A stretch of 64,000 nt of DNA from an uncultured virus (IMG/VR IMGVR_UViG_3300044675_004257) (IMGVR_UViG_3300044675_004257:1-64000), one strand, 5' to 3'. Positions 18,770 through 28,337 are shown, counted from the stretch's first letter. Numbers and translations: made by a program. Notes: generated by a model not told the origin, from the sequence alone.

Positions 18770-20547
18770 AAAAGTTTTTAGAAAAGTTACAAGAAGATGC
18801 ACAGACCCACACACCTGTGGTGATGGCGTTTGGTCGAATGAATCCTCCAACTATTGGCCACGCTAAAGTGGTTGATAGAGTGAAACAACTTGCAAAAGAC
18901 TACAAAGCACCACACCACATTATTGTGTCACATTCTATGGACACAAAGAAGAATCCATTAGACATTGCAAGTAAAATCAAACACGCAAAGAGATTCTTCC
19001 CTGACACAAACATTACCGGTTCAAGTAAAGAGAAACCAACATTTTTACAACATGCAGCTGCACTACATCAAGCAGGCCATGACCACTTGATAATGGTTGC
19101 AGGTTCAGACCGTATTCCAGAATATGAACAAAAGTTAAACCAATACAATGGCGAAGGTCCAGGTAAACTATTCAACTTTAAAAAGATAGAAGTTAAATCT
19201 GCTGGCCAACGTGACCCCGATGCAGAAGGTGCAGAAGGTATGTCTGCTTCCAAGATGCGTGACCATGCAAAGAGTGGTGATTTCAATTCGTTCAGACAAG
19301 GTGTTCCTGCACATGTTCCAGACAATCATGCTAGAGCATTGTTTCGTGATGTTCGTAAAGGTATGGGATTGAATGAAGAATTCAATCGTGGACTATTTAA
19401 AGCAATCTTTGTGACTGGTGGACCAGGTTCAGGTAAAGACATTATTATACGTGAAGCAATTGCTGAAAATAAAGCAGTAGAATTGAATTCAGTGCAAGCA
19501 TTTGACTTATTGATGGACAAACAAAAACTGTCCGAAAAAACAACCGACTATCGTAGAGAAGCTATTCGTAACCGTGGTCCACTAATTATTAATGGACCTG
19601 CTGATGACCACACTAGAATAATTACTATTAGAGAAGAACTAGAAGAATTTGGTTATGAAACTGTTATGGTATTTGTTGATACAACCAATGAAGCCAGTAA
19701 AGAACGTAATGAGAAGTTGACCAAGTCAATTTCAGAATCAATTAGATATGATAAGTGGCAATTAGCACAAACTTCAAAAGAAGCATATCGTCAGAATTTT
19801 TCCAATTTTATAGATTTCAATAATAGTTCAACCTTCGAAGAAATTCAAGAAGACATTACTGACACTTACGGAAAAATAAATAGGTTCATCGAGGACAAAA
19901 ATTACAATGAAATTGCGTTCTCTTGGTTGGAAAGTCGTGGTAAAATTAGTATCACATCATTATTTAAGGAAAATGAAAATGTTAAGAAAAATTCTAGATT
20001 TTTTGAAAGTTACAAAACCAAGCGCACCAGTGGAAGTCCAACTCTCAACACCGGTACCGGTCCAAGAGCCGAAGGTCCAGGAAGTGAACTCCCAGATAAT
20101 CGTGCAGGAGACATTAACGCCGACAACATCAAGTGGGATGGAAACAAAAAGCGAGGAAGTTACACCTTCAAAACCTACAGTGAAGAAGGCCCCAGCCTCA
20201 AAGTCAGTCCAATCCCCAAAGAAGACAACTTCTCCAAGGACAAAGAAAAAGTAAAACGTAATCGTTTCAGAGATTCACCAACTGTTAATCAACGTATGAG
20301 AAACATAACAACAGTTGGTCCAGAATTTGATACACGCCAACAGGGAACAGTATACCCTATGTCTGGTCTAGGCGATGTAACATATAGAGAACATGTAGAT
20401 TTCAAAAACTTTAGAGAGTCGCATAATGATCCTGCCGATTCTGAAATGGGTGTTTACGGTGTATTGGGCGGTGCAACAAATAAAGAACCAATGGAAAATC
20501 CAAGAGATAAATTTGGTTCAAGTTCAATAAAGAAAAAAAAGAAATGA
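18766..20547 (+). CDS. HIGH-type cytidylyltransferase-like domain fused to P-loop kinase-like domain
   Basis: FGRMNPPTIGH, AGSDR and MSASKMR; then VTGGPGSGKD and VFVDT..ERN. Confidence 0.8.
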   Translation: MKKFLEKLQEDAQTHTPVVMAFGRMNPPTIGHAKVVDRVKQLAKDYKAPHHIIVSHSMDTKKNPLDIASKIKHAKRFFPDTNITGSSKEKPTFLQHAAALHQAGHDHLIMVAGSDRIPEYEQKLNQYNGEGPGKLFNFKKIEVKSAGQRDPDAEGAEGMSASKMRDHAKSGDFNSFRQGVPAHVPDNHARALFRDVRKGMGLNEEFNRGLFKAIFVTGGPGSGKDIIIREAIAENKAVELNSVQAFDLLMDKQKLSEKTTDYRREAIRNRGPLIINGPADDHTRIITIREELEEFGYETVMVFVDTTNEASKERNEKLTKSISESIRYDKWQLAQTSKEAYRQNFSNFIDFNNSSTFEEIQEDITDTYGKINRFIEDKNYNEIAFSWLESRGKISITSLFKENENVKKNSRFFESYKTKRTSGSPTLNTGTGPRAEGPGSELPDNRAGDINADNIKWDGNKKRGSYTFKTYSEEGPSLKVSPIPKEDNFSKDKEKVKRNRFRDSPTVNQRMRNITTVGPEFDTRQQGTVYPMSGLGDVTYREHVDFKNFRESHNDPADSEMGVYGVLGGATNKEPMENPRDKFGSSSIKKKKK

Positions 20548-20756
20548 AAAAATTCACAGAGTTTGTAAGAGAGTCCACACCAGAAACATCACATCATGAT
20601 GCTCAAGAAATCAAACGTCAAAAGACACACTTGATGGACAAAGCAAAAGAGTATGGTGACCAAGCACAAAAAGAAAAACAGTTCGGCCACGGCGGAGCAG
20701 CAGAAGCTAAAGGTGAGACTATGGTTGCAGCTGCAAAAAACATTAAAGGAGATTAA
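20544..20756 (+). CDS. Putative internal head protein
   Basis: Starts MKKFTEFVRE (capsid-targeting-like). Confidence 0.6.
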   Translation: MKKFTEFVRESTPETSHHDAQEIKRQKTHLMDKAKEYGDQAQKEKQFGHGGAAEAKGETMVAAAKNIKGD

Positions 20757-20757
20757 T

Positions 20758-21228
20758 ATGATAAACTTAAGAAAAAACGATGCACTTGCTGATGCGGTAA
20801 AAGAAATTTTACAACAAGAGGCACTAAAAGGCAATCAACATTTAATTGATAAAAACAAGAACAATAAAGTTGATGCACATGATTTCAAAATTCTTCGTGG
20901 CGAAAAGAAAACCGTCAAAGAAGAAGAAACCGTTGAAGAAGGTCTTAAAGATATTGCCAAGAAAGCTTTCAAAGCTTTGACTGGTGGTTCAGATGAAGAC
21001 CAGTTAAAAGCACTTCAAAAAAGAACGGGTGTACCACAAACTGGTAAAAAACCAGTAAAAGAAGAAGTTCAAGGTAAAACTTTGAAGCAATTCAAAGAAA
21101 ATGCATTTGACTGGAAAAAGAAATCAGAACCACAACCAAACGGCGGTTCAGGTGTCAAACAAGGTTCTCGTTACGGTGGTTCTAAACAAAAAGATAAACC
21201 AGAACAGGAAACAGACGAAAAAAAGTAA
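20758..21228 (+). CDS. Putative virion protein with EF-hand-like loop; -1 frameshift extension to 21374 likely
   Basis: GGAG RBS; DKNKNNKVDAHDF; ends GAA AAA AAG TAA. Confidence 0.7.
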   Translation: MINLRKNDALADAVKEILQQEALKGNQHLIDKNKNNKVDAHDFKILRGEKKTVKEEETVEEGLKDIAKKAFKALTGGSDEDQLKALQKRTGVPQTGKKPVKEEVQGKTLKQFKENAFDWKKKSEPQPNGGSGVKQGSRYGGSKQKDKPEQETDEKK

Positions 21229-21274
21229 ATGAGGCAAAGGGACCAACCAGTCAAGAAGACGGACCTTTTGTCTC
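21219..21274 (+). other. Programmed -1 ribosomal frameshift signal
   Basis: A AAA AAG heptamer, 5-nt spacer, 11-bp stem GAGGCAAAGGG/CCTTTTGTCTC. Confidence 0.75.
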
Positions 21275-21383
21275 TAGTATTAATGATACACACGATTTAA
21301 AACCACTGAACCATGCAAGGTACTTGGCCAAAAAATCTTTAAATAGAGTTCAAAAAGAAATGATGAACAAATAAGGCACAATA

Positions 21384-22643
21384 ATGAGCAAAGCACAAAC
21401 ATTAAAATCTATAGTTAAAAGGGGGGGTGCAGAGAAGCCTTCTTTTGGAACTAATCCTTGGGATCCATGGTCCGCAAAAGCTAATATTGCGGAAGATGCT
21501 GCTTTGGATCAATATTTGACTTCTAGAGGTATCAATCCAAAACATGTTTCTAAAGACCAAAAGGTTGCACATTCCAAGATGGGACAATTCATCAAATGGA
21601 AAAGAGACCACATGTCAGAAGCTGTAGATAGAAAAGATACAATTATCTTTGATATACCTTTGTTGATTCGTGTATTAGAGTTTGCTCGTGAAGAATTAAA
21701 ATCGGATGTACTTCTACATAAAATGGTAGAAAGACTGATTTCAATTCGTGGCAAGGGAACTTTGACCATGAATCAGTATGGTAAAATTATTAAAGAAGAA
21801 GCTGAATCTTTAGGTGAATCTTTTCCTGAATATGGTGAAAGAGCCAATAAACTTTTAAAAAGAAGTCATGAACTGTATGATAAATCTCGTTCAGAACCAG
21901 ACGCTTCAAAGAAAAAAGAAATGGCTTCTAAGTCAACAAGAGCTCATGGTATTTTCATGAAAGCCAAAGAAAAACACTTGAGTCGTCATCCTGAAGATGC
22001 AGAATCTTTACGAAACAAAACAATGTCTGGCGCAAGCAAAGATTATACAAGTGGCAAAAGATGGACTGGTGATTCTGTTGAACACTCAGATGATACGAAT
22101 GTCATTTCTGAAATCAGTTCAGAAACATTGCAAAGTTATAAAGATAAAGCGATGAAGTCTTCTGATGATTTGGCTTCAAAAGGCCAATATAAAAAATCGA
22201 ACGACCGTCTGTTGAATCACATGAAGGCCACAGGCAAACAAATTGACAAGACAACTGCTTCGATTAAAAAATCTTTAAATAAAGAAAATACACAAGACCC
22301 GATGGCCGCATCATCAATGCCTAATGACGGTGCAAATAGTCCCGATGATGTTGAACAACCAAAGAATAAAAAGTTGATTCAAATGTCTAAGTCTGCTCGA
22401 ATCATTAAATCCATCTATAAAAGGAAGGGAATGAAAGAGGAAATTTATGACCATGAAAAGGAAGACAAGTCTGTTGCAACTTATGGTAAAAAACCAAAAA
22501 TGCAAAGTGTAAGTACTGATTTAGAAGAACCACAAGCCGCAGCCGTATTAACAGGCGGCACTACCTTGACTGGTGAAAAAAGAGATACCATCGAAATCGA
22601 CCCTATGTTGAAGATGCGTAAACCAGTTTCTGGAAAAAGATAA
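21384..22643 (+). CDS. Putative internal virion (poly)protein
   Basis: Charged modular protein with multiple xxE motifs (ISEISSETL, IKEE, MKEE). Confidence 0.6.
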   Translation: MSKAQTLKSIVKRGGAEKPSFGTNPWDPWSAKANIAEDAALDQYLTSRGINPKHVSKDQKVAHSKMGQFIKWKRDHMSEAVDRKDTIIFDIPLLIRVLEFAREELKSDVLLHKMVERLISIRGKGTLTMNQYGKIIKEEAESLGESFPEYGERANKLLKRSHELYDKSRSEPDASKKKEMASKSTRAHGIFMKAKEKHLSRHPEDAESLRNKTMSGASKDYTSGKRWTGDSVEHSDDTNVISEISSETLQSYKDKAMKSSDDLASKGQYKKSNDRLLNHMKATGKQIDKTTASIKKSLNKENTQDPMAASSMPNDGANSPDDVEQPKNKKLIQMSKSARIIKSIYKRKGMKEEIYDHEKEDKSVATYGKKPKMQSVSTDLEEPQAAAVLTGGTTLTGEKRDTIEIDPMLKMRKPVSGKR

Positions 22644-22679
22644 ATAGTAAATATAACCCACGGTTAAAAGGAGAATAAC

Positions 22680-23549
22680 ATGTCATCTTGGGGAAATAAC
22701 GATAACGCAGCTAATGCACCATATTGGGCTGTTGAGACAGTACAAACAACAAATGCGCCAGTTGCATCCGCACCAACAGCAGCAAACGTTGCACTGTTGT
22801 ATGGTAATACACAATTCCAGGCATATACACAAGGTATGACTGTTGGATTGTTCATGGTAGATGCTACAGAAACCACTGCTGGTGGTGATAATGTAGTAGA
22901 TATCTCATTGTCAAATCAAGGTTCTGGATATGTCGAAGCACCTGGTGTTTCTATTGTAGCTAGTGCTGGTGCATATAGTGCAAGTGCCACCGCTACTATT
23001 GCTGCTGGCCAAGTGAGTAATATCACAGTCGCAAACACAGGTGTTGGTTACACATCAACTCCAGCAGTTACAATTCAAGTTCCAGTATTAACTGTTCCAA
23101 CAGCTTCAGTAATTGCTGCTAATAACGTAGTAATGTATACTGCTCACGGTCAAGCAAATAGTGCTGCTCTTGTTTTCAACTGGGGTGGTACTGCTAACAT
23201 TGCTGGTTTAACAAATGCAAACACATATTATGTTGTGCCTGTTGATGCAAATAGATTCTCATTAGCAACAACTGCTGCGAATGCTGCAAACAACGTTGTT
23301 ATTGATATCACATCTACCGGTGAAACAGGACAATTCTTTACGATTGTTGATGGTGTACGTGCAACAGCAATTGCAAGTCGTGGTTTAAGTCAAAGTGTTA
23401 GTGGTGCAGAACACGCAACACACATTGGTTGGAACATAAAAACAGTTGGTTCCGGTGGCCGTGCAGGTCGTGTTCAATACGAAACGTTAGTTGCCATTTC
23501 CGAAGTTATAGGTGATGGTTCAGACGATATTTCTTTACCTGACGCTTAA
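22680..23549 (+). CDS. Virion structural protein (Ala/Thr/Asn-rich beta repeats)
   Basis: GSGYVEAPGV and GVGYTSTPAV repeats, GRVQYETLVA C-terminus; ATAAATA upstream and strong AAGGAG RBS. Confidence 0.7.
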   Translation: MSSWGNNDNAANAPYWAVETVQTTNAPVASAPTAANVALLYGNTQFQAYTQGMTVGLFMVDATETTAGGDNVVDISLSNQGSGYVEAPGVSIVASAGAYSASATATIAAGQVSNITVANTGVGYTSTPAVTIQVPVLTVPTASVIAANNVVMYTAHGQANSAALVFNWGGTANIAGLTNANTYYVVPVDANRFSLATTAANAANNVVIDITSTGETGQFFTIVDGVRATAIASRGLSQSVSGAEHATHIGWNIKTVGSGGRAGRVQYETLVAISEVIGDGSDDISLPDA

Positions 23550-23553
23550 TAAA

Positions 23554-23569
23554 AGGGGCTTCGGCCCCT
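23554..23569 (+). terminator. cUUCGg hairpin (terminator-like)
   Basis: AGGGGC-TTCG-GCCCCT directly after the stop; U-tract weak on the + strand. Confidence 0.65.
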
Positions 23570-23576
23570 CTATAAT

Positions 23577-23963
23577 ATGTTCGATGAATTGAATGAAGAT
23601 AATTTTATGATGTATGCTGCAAAATGCTATACATCACCACATTGCATTATGTCGGAATTTGAGGGAGATATTAAAAGAACAAAATACCTGAAAAGGTTAT
23701 TTCGTAGATATAAGGTCACAAAATCCCTCAAAGAACGATTAATTATAAACCATATCATTTTATTGAATAATGTTTTTGGTCCGGAAGCAACGGCAAGAAT
23801 ATTGTTCTATAAGACTGATGAACGTGATTATGATATTCTAAAGACTTTTTTAGATTATCTAGATATCATGCCTGATTTTGTTTATGGTATTAATGGAAAA
23901 ACTATATCATCATCCGATTTACCACTAGATATGAATGTCGCAGAGATATTAAGAAACATATGA
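23577..23963 (+). CDS. Conserved T4-like hypothetical protein
   Basis: EFEGDIKR.KYLKRLF, RLIINHIILL.NVFG. Confidence 0.75.
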   Translation: MFDELNEDNFMMYAAKCYTSPHCIMSEFEGDIKRTKYLKRLFRRYKVTKSLKERLIINHIILLNNVFGPEATARILFYKTDERDYDILKTFLDYLDIMPDFVYGINGKTISSSDLPLDMNVAEILRNI

Positions 23964-24784
23964 AAAAATTCAACGAATACATCAACGAAGTTAAAGAACC
24001 AACTGGTGACCTAAAGAAGGCTTGTTGGACTGGTTATACTGCTGTCGGAACAAAAAAGAAAAATGGTAAAACCGTTCCTAATTGTGTTCCAGAAGAAGTT
24101 GTTAAGGAAGGTCATGGTCCTTGGGGCAAAATGACACAAGATAAATTGGATAAGATTGCAAAAGCCAAAAAACGTGAAGAAAAAGAAAAAGGTGTTCTGA
24201 GAAAACCTGGATCAACGTTACGAAAAGATACAACTAATTATGTTGCTAAAGTAAATAAACTTTCTGAGGAAGAACTAGAAGAAAACCATATTGCTATCGC
24301 CATGGGTAAAGAAATGGATGATGAAGGTAGTATGATTATGAATCAACTGGATCACATGGAACGTTCCATCAACATGATGCGTGGTGTGGTTAAGGATCCA
24401 AATATGCAGATACCTGCTTGGGTTCAATCTAAAGTAACATTAGCTGCAGATTATATTGAAACAGCTGCTGGTTATATGTCCAGTAAAAATGAAGAAGTTG
24501 ACTTAGAAGAAACTGCTGCATGGCAACGCAAAGAAGGCAAAAGAGAATCTGGTGGTTTGAATCAAAAAGGTGTTGATTCTTATCGTAGAGAGAATCCAGG
24601 TTCCAAACTAAAAACAGCTGTGACAACAGAACCATCAAAATTAAAAGCAGGTTCAGCTGCAGCGAATCGCCGCAAATCATTCTGTGCTAGAATGTCTGGT
24701 ATGAAGAAAAGATTAACTTCAGCGGCAACTGCTAAAGATCCAGATTCTCGCATCAACAAATCCTTACGTAAATGGAATTGCTAA
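23960..24784 (+). CDS. Putative internal head polyprotein (DUF6321-like C-terminus)
   Basis: MKKFNEYINE start; CWTGY..PNCV module; RKSFCARM..DSRINKSLRKWNC. Confidence 0.7.
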   Translation: MKKFNEYINEVKEPTGDLKKACWTGYTAVGTKKKNGKTVPNCVPEEVVKEGHGPWGKMTQDKLDKIAKAKKREEKEKGVLRKPGSTLRKDTTNYVAKVNKLSEEELEENHIAIAMGKEMDDEGSMIMNQLDHMERSINMMRGVVKDPNMQIPAWVQSKVTLAADYIETAAGYMSSKNEEVDLEETAAWQRKEGKRESGGLNQKGVDSYRRENPGSKLKTAVTTEPSKLKAGSAAANRRKSFCARMSGMKKRLTSAATAKDPDSRINKSLRKWNC

Positions 24785-25029
24785 TGAAAACATTTCAAGA
24801 ATATATTACAGAAAAAGGTAGATGCTGGACTGGTTACAAACCTGTTCGAGGCAAAAAGGCATATTCTGATAACAGTTGTGTGAAAGAAGAAGGTATGGCA
24901 GCTGCACCAACCAATACTGTTGGTGGTGGAAACATTGCTGGGTCGGGTGGCGCAGGTGGAGAACCAGGTGTTTCTAAGAAAAGAAATCCAGTAATGTCAT
25001 TCGTCAAACGCAAACAACCAAATATGTAA
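24784..25029 (+). CDS. Putative internal head protein
   Basis: MKTFQEYITE, close to the T4 internal-protein targeting sequence MKTYQEFIAE; second CWTGY module. Confidence 0.7.
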   Translation: MKTFQEYITEKGRCWTGYKPVRGKKAYSDNSCVKEEGMAAAPTNTVGGGNIAGSGGAGGEPGVSKKRNPVMSFVKRKQPNM

Positions 25030-25030
25030 C

Positions 25031-25486
25031 ATGTGGATATTGCAATGGTTACCTAATTGGATATTCTACGCCGTCTTAATAGCCGGCGTTTTTGGTGTGG
25101 CCGCATCATATTTTATTAGATTCTTATCATTCATACCATTCCTTTACGTTTATAAAACACCAATACAATTAGGTTCTATTGCTGCGATTGTGATTGGTAC
25201 ATTCATGGCTGGCGCAATCCACGATAATGAACAGTGGGAAGCAAGAGTGCGAGAGATGGAAGAAAAAGTTGCTGCATCTGAAGCACAATCAAAGGAAGAA
25301 AATATTAAGATTGTTGAGAAAGTGGTAAACAAGGTGCAAATTGTTAAGACCCGTGGTCAAGACATTGTTAAATATGTGGATAGAGAAATTGTAAAGTATG
25401 ACACAAAATTTGCTCCAGGTGGTGTATGTGAGATACCAAAAGAATTCGTAGAAGCTCACAATAGAGCAGCAGAGGCACCAAAATGA
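25031..25486 (+). CDS. i-spanin (Rz-like)
   Basis: N-terminal TMs, coiled coil, C-terminal Cys; precedes a lipoprotein and the endolysin. Confidence 0.65.
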   Translation: MWILQWLPNWIFYAVLIAGVFGVAASYFIRFLSFIPFLYVYKTPIQLGSIAAIVIGTFMAGAIHDNEQWEARVREMEEKVAASEAQSKEENIKIVEKVVNKVQIVKTRGQDIVKYVDREIVKYDTKFAPGGVCEIPKEFVEAHNRAAEAPK

Positions 25487-25773
25487 ATGAGAGAACAACA
25501 GAATATTTAATATGGGCTATCTTTATTGTTGTAATCGTGTTTATGATGGGCTGTTCGACAACTGTTCCAGTTACCGCTAAATTTCCAGAGGTACCTGAGA
25601 AATTGAAACAGAAATGTCCTCAATTAGAAAAATTAGTAGATGATCCAAAGTTAACAGACATAAGCAAAACAGTTACAATAAACTATACAACATACTATGA
25701 GTGTGCGGTGAAAAATGATGCATGGATTGAATGGTATGAAATACAGAAACGAATATTTGAAGGTGTGAAATGA
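25483..25773 (+). CDS. o-spanin (Rz1-like lipoprotein)
   Basis: Lipobox MMGC, Pro-rich segment, YYECA. Confidence 0.7.
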   Translation: MNERTTEYLIWAIFIVVIVFMMGCSTTVPVTAKFPEVPEKLKQKCPQLEKLVDDPKLTDISKTVTINYTTYYECAVKNDAWIEWYEIQKRIFEGVK

Positions 25774-26291
25774 CAGAAGAACAAGAACAAACTAAAGAAC
25801 GCACTGGTTGGATTATTACATTTTTGGCTGCATTTTTGGCTATCACATCATTACTTGATGGTGGCAATTCATCACAGATTTTAGATAACACGATTGAAGC
25901 AAACAATGTTTGGTCTTTCTATCAAGCAAAAAGCATTAAACAGTCATTAGCTGAAATAACATACGATAATGCTGTTCGTAATGGCGACAAAAGAAAAGCC
26001 GAAATTATGAAGGTTAAAATAGAACGTTACGAATCAGAACCTTCATCAGGTGAAGGTAAAAAAGAATTGATGGCCAAGGCTCGTGCAATTGAAGCTGAGA
26101 GAGCAGTAGCGGAACTAAGAAGTCCTTGGTACACATACTCTAATGCTTTCTATCAAATTGCAATTGTTATATTAGCTGCATCTATGTTGACGTTGAATAA
26201 AAAAATGTATTGTATTGGTATCGGTCTTGGTGCTTTTGCAATATTATTAATGTCACAAGGTGCTTTTTTATGGTTACCGATAATATTATAA
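25770..26291 (+). CDS. DUF4337-like membrane protein
   Basis: WSFYQAKSIKQ and QIAIVILAAS motifs. Confidence 0.7.
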   Translation: MTEEQEQTKERTGWIITFLAAFLAITSLLDGGNSSQILDNTIEANNVWSFYQAKSIKQSLAEITYDNAVRNGDKRKAEIMKVKIERYESEPSSGEGKKELMAKARAIEAERAVAELRSPWYTYSNAFYQIAIVILAASMLTLNKKMYCIGIGLGAFAILLMSQGAFLWLPIIL

Positions 26292-26300
26292 GGATTGAAA

Positions 26301-26924
26301 ATGGAATTAACAAAAGAACAATTAAAACAATTACTTCCAAAAAACCCATATATTGATAACTGGCATCACGCCTTATCAATTCTATTACCAGATTATGAAA
26401 TCAATACACCTCAGAGAATGGCTGCTTTCATAGCACAATGCTCACATGAGTCTGGTGGTTTCATGGTTCTTAAAGAAAATCTAAATTATAAAGCAGCATC
26501 ACTACGTAAACTGTTTGGTAAGTATTTTCCAAATGATGAGATTGCACAGCATTATGCTGCCAAGCCAAACAAACAAGAAGCAATCGCAAACAAAATCTAC
26601 GCTAGCCGTATGGGTAACGGAGATGAGGCGTCTGGTGATGGATACAAGTTCTGTGGCCGTGGTTTAATTCAATTGACCGGCCGTGACAACTATACTTTCT
26701 TTGCAGGCAGTCTCGATATCACAGTAGAAGAAGCATCAGAATATCTACAGACATTTGAAGGCGCAGCACAATCTGCTTGCTGGTTCTGGGAAACAAATAA
26801 GTTAAATCAGTGGGCTGACAAAGGTGATATCGTCACATTGACAAAACGTATCAATGGTGGAACGATTGGCCTTGAAGACCGCATCAAACATTATGAACAT
26901 GCACTTCACGTTTTTGGAGTATAG
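26301..26924 (+). CDS. Endolysin, glycoside hydrolase family 19
   Basis: AAFIAQCSHESG, ENLNY, GRGLIQLTG and INGG.IGLEDR motifs. Confidence 0.92.
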   Translation: MELTKEQLKQLLPKNPYIDNWHHALSILLPDYEINTPQRMAAFIAQCSHESGGFMVLKENLNYKAASLRKLFGKYFPNDEIAQHYAAKPNKQEAIANKIYASRMGNGDEASGDGYKFCGRGLIQLTGRDNYTFFAGSLDITVEEASEYLQTFEGAAQSACWFWETNKLNQWADKGDIVTLTKRINGGTIGLEDRIKHYEHALHVFGV

Positions 26925-26925
26925 T

Positions 26926-27360
26926 ATGAAAAAAATATTATTCATACTTGCATTGTTACCTTGTTTGGCATTTGCACAAAAAGCACCACAAGGTGTTACG
27001 TATGACGCACAAATATTAAGAGTAACGGATGGCGATACAGTTGTTATCGCCGCACCCTTTCTGCCTGCACCCCTTAAGCCCGAACTTGCGGTACGAGTCT
27101 ATGGAGTCGATACTCCGGAAAAAGGATTTAGAGGTCAATGCGATAGTGAAAAACAACGTGGTGAAGCCGCTTCCGTTTTCACTAAAGGTCTCATTAACGC
27201 CAGCCAACAACGACAAGTCATTCTTTACAGTTGGGATAAATTCGGTGGTCGTGTATTGGGTGATATCATTCTAAACGGTCAAAGTCTCCGGACGCAATTG
27301 ATTGCCAACGGATTTGCTCGTGAATATTACGGTGAAGCTAAAACTTCTTGGTGTAATTAA
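26926..27360 (+). CDS. Secreted thermonuclease (SNase-like)
   Basis: Signal peptide; DGDT, RVYGVDTPE and DKFGGRVLG motifs. Confidence 0.88.
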   Translation: MKKILFILALLPCLAFAQKAPQGVTYDAQILRVTDGDTVVIAAPFLPAPLKPELAVRVYGVDTPEKGFRGQCDSEKQRGEAASVFTKGLINASQQRQVILYSWDKFGGRVLGDIILNGQSLRTQLIANGFAREYYGEAKTSWCN

Positions 27361-27369
27361 GGAAAAAAC

Positions 27370-27663
27370 ATGAACGACAAAAAACTATTATATGTAGCAA
27401 TCGCAATGATTATTTTACCTTTATCATTGGCATTTTTTGGCGGTGATAGATTCCGTTATCCATGTCAAGACCCTGATAATTGGGACAAAGAATTTTGTAA
27501 AATGCCAAGATGTGATGTGACAAGAACTTGTCCAGAACATATTTTTAAAGGACAGAGGGATCCAAGATTGGGTCCACCAACAACAAGAGTTGAACCTATG
27601 GGCCAAACTCCTGCACCAGCACAATGTACAACACCAACACAAGGAGCGAATTGTGGAAAATAA
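27370..27663 (+). CDS. Hypothetical exported Cys-rich protein
   Basis: TM followed by DRFRYPCQDP..C..C..C. Confidence 0.65.
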   Translation: MNDKKLLYVAIAMIILPLSLAFFGGDRFRYPCQDPDNWDKEFCKMPRCDVTRTCPEHIFKGQRDPRLGPPTTRVEPMGQTPAPAQCTTPTQGANCGK

Positions 27664-28111
27664 TAATAATTTCATGTATACAGAAGAGCAGTTAATGGCT
27701 CGTCTAAAATTCTTTATCGGTATTTGTTTGGCATTAACATTGACAGGTATTGTATTTGTCGTGTTATACTCCATTATCTTTGTAACTCAACCATTAAATG
27801 CAATTAGTCCTATTGACCAAAAATTCTTTGAGTTGATTATTCCTATTGCAACATTCTTAACTGGTACTCTATCGGGCATTATGTTAGCCGGTAATGATAA
27901 AGACCTTAGAGCAAAGGCACTAGATGCAGCAAATAAACCACCAACCGTTTCAGGACCACCACCAAATGCACCGTCAACTAATGCACCAAGCAACAATGCA
28001 ACATTTGGCACACCAACGCCAAGTGCAGCAACATTTGCACCAGCAGCACAAGTTGTCACAGGATTTGGAGGCAAACCAGCGCCTGCACCAGCCCCACAAC
28101 CAGAAATCTAA
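27653..28111 (+). CDS. Two-TM membrane protein with Pro-rich tail (holin-like candidate)
   Basis: GTG after GGAG; two TMs; P/A-rich C-terminus. Confidence 0.6.
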   Translation: MENNNNFMYTEEQLMARLKFFIGICLALTLTGIVFVVLYSIIFVTQPLNAISPIDQKFFELIIPIATFLTGTLSGIMLAGNDKDLRAKALDAANKPPTVSGPPPNAPSTNAPSNNATFGTPTPSAATFAPAAQVVTGFGGKPAPAPAPQPEI

Positions 28112-28115
28112 ATAG

Positions 28116-28337
28116 ATGGACTCATTAAAAAGTATGCTATCAGATGGTGTCAATGGCACCATCTCTAGCAAAAGAGTTGTCACACTGTTAGCATTTGTAA
28201 TGTGTGCATCAGGTTTTATTACTATGCTATATGGTCATCCTATAGATTCTAAAATTTACGATTCAATGATGTACATTGTAATTGCAGGTTTAGGTTTCAC
28301 AGCATCAGAAAAGTTTACTAAAAAGGACGAAAAATGA
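28116..28337 (+). CDS. Small two-TM protein, holin candidate
   Basis: SSKRVVTLLAF..GLGFTASEKF; lies in the lysis region. Confidence 0.55.
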   Translation: MDSLKSMLSDGVNGTISSKRVVTLLAFVMCASGFITMLYGHPIDSKIYDSMMYIVIAGLGFTASEKFTKKDEK

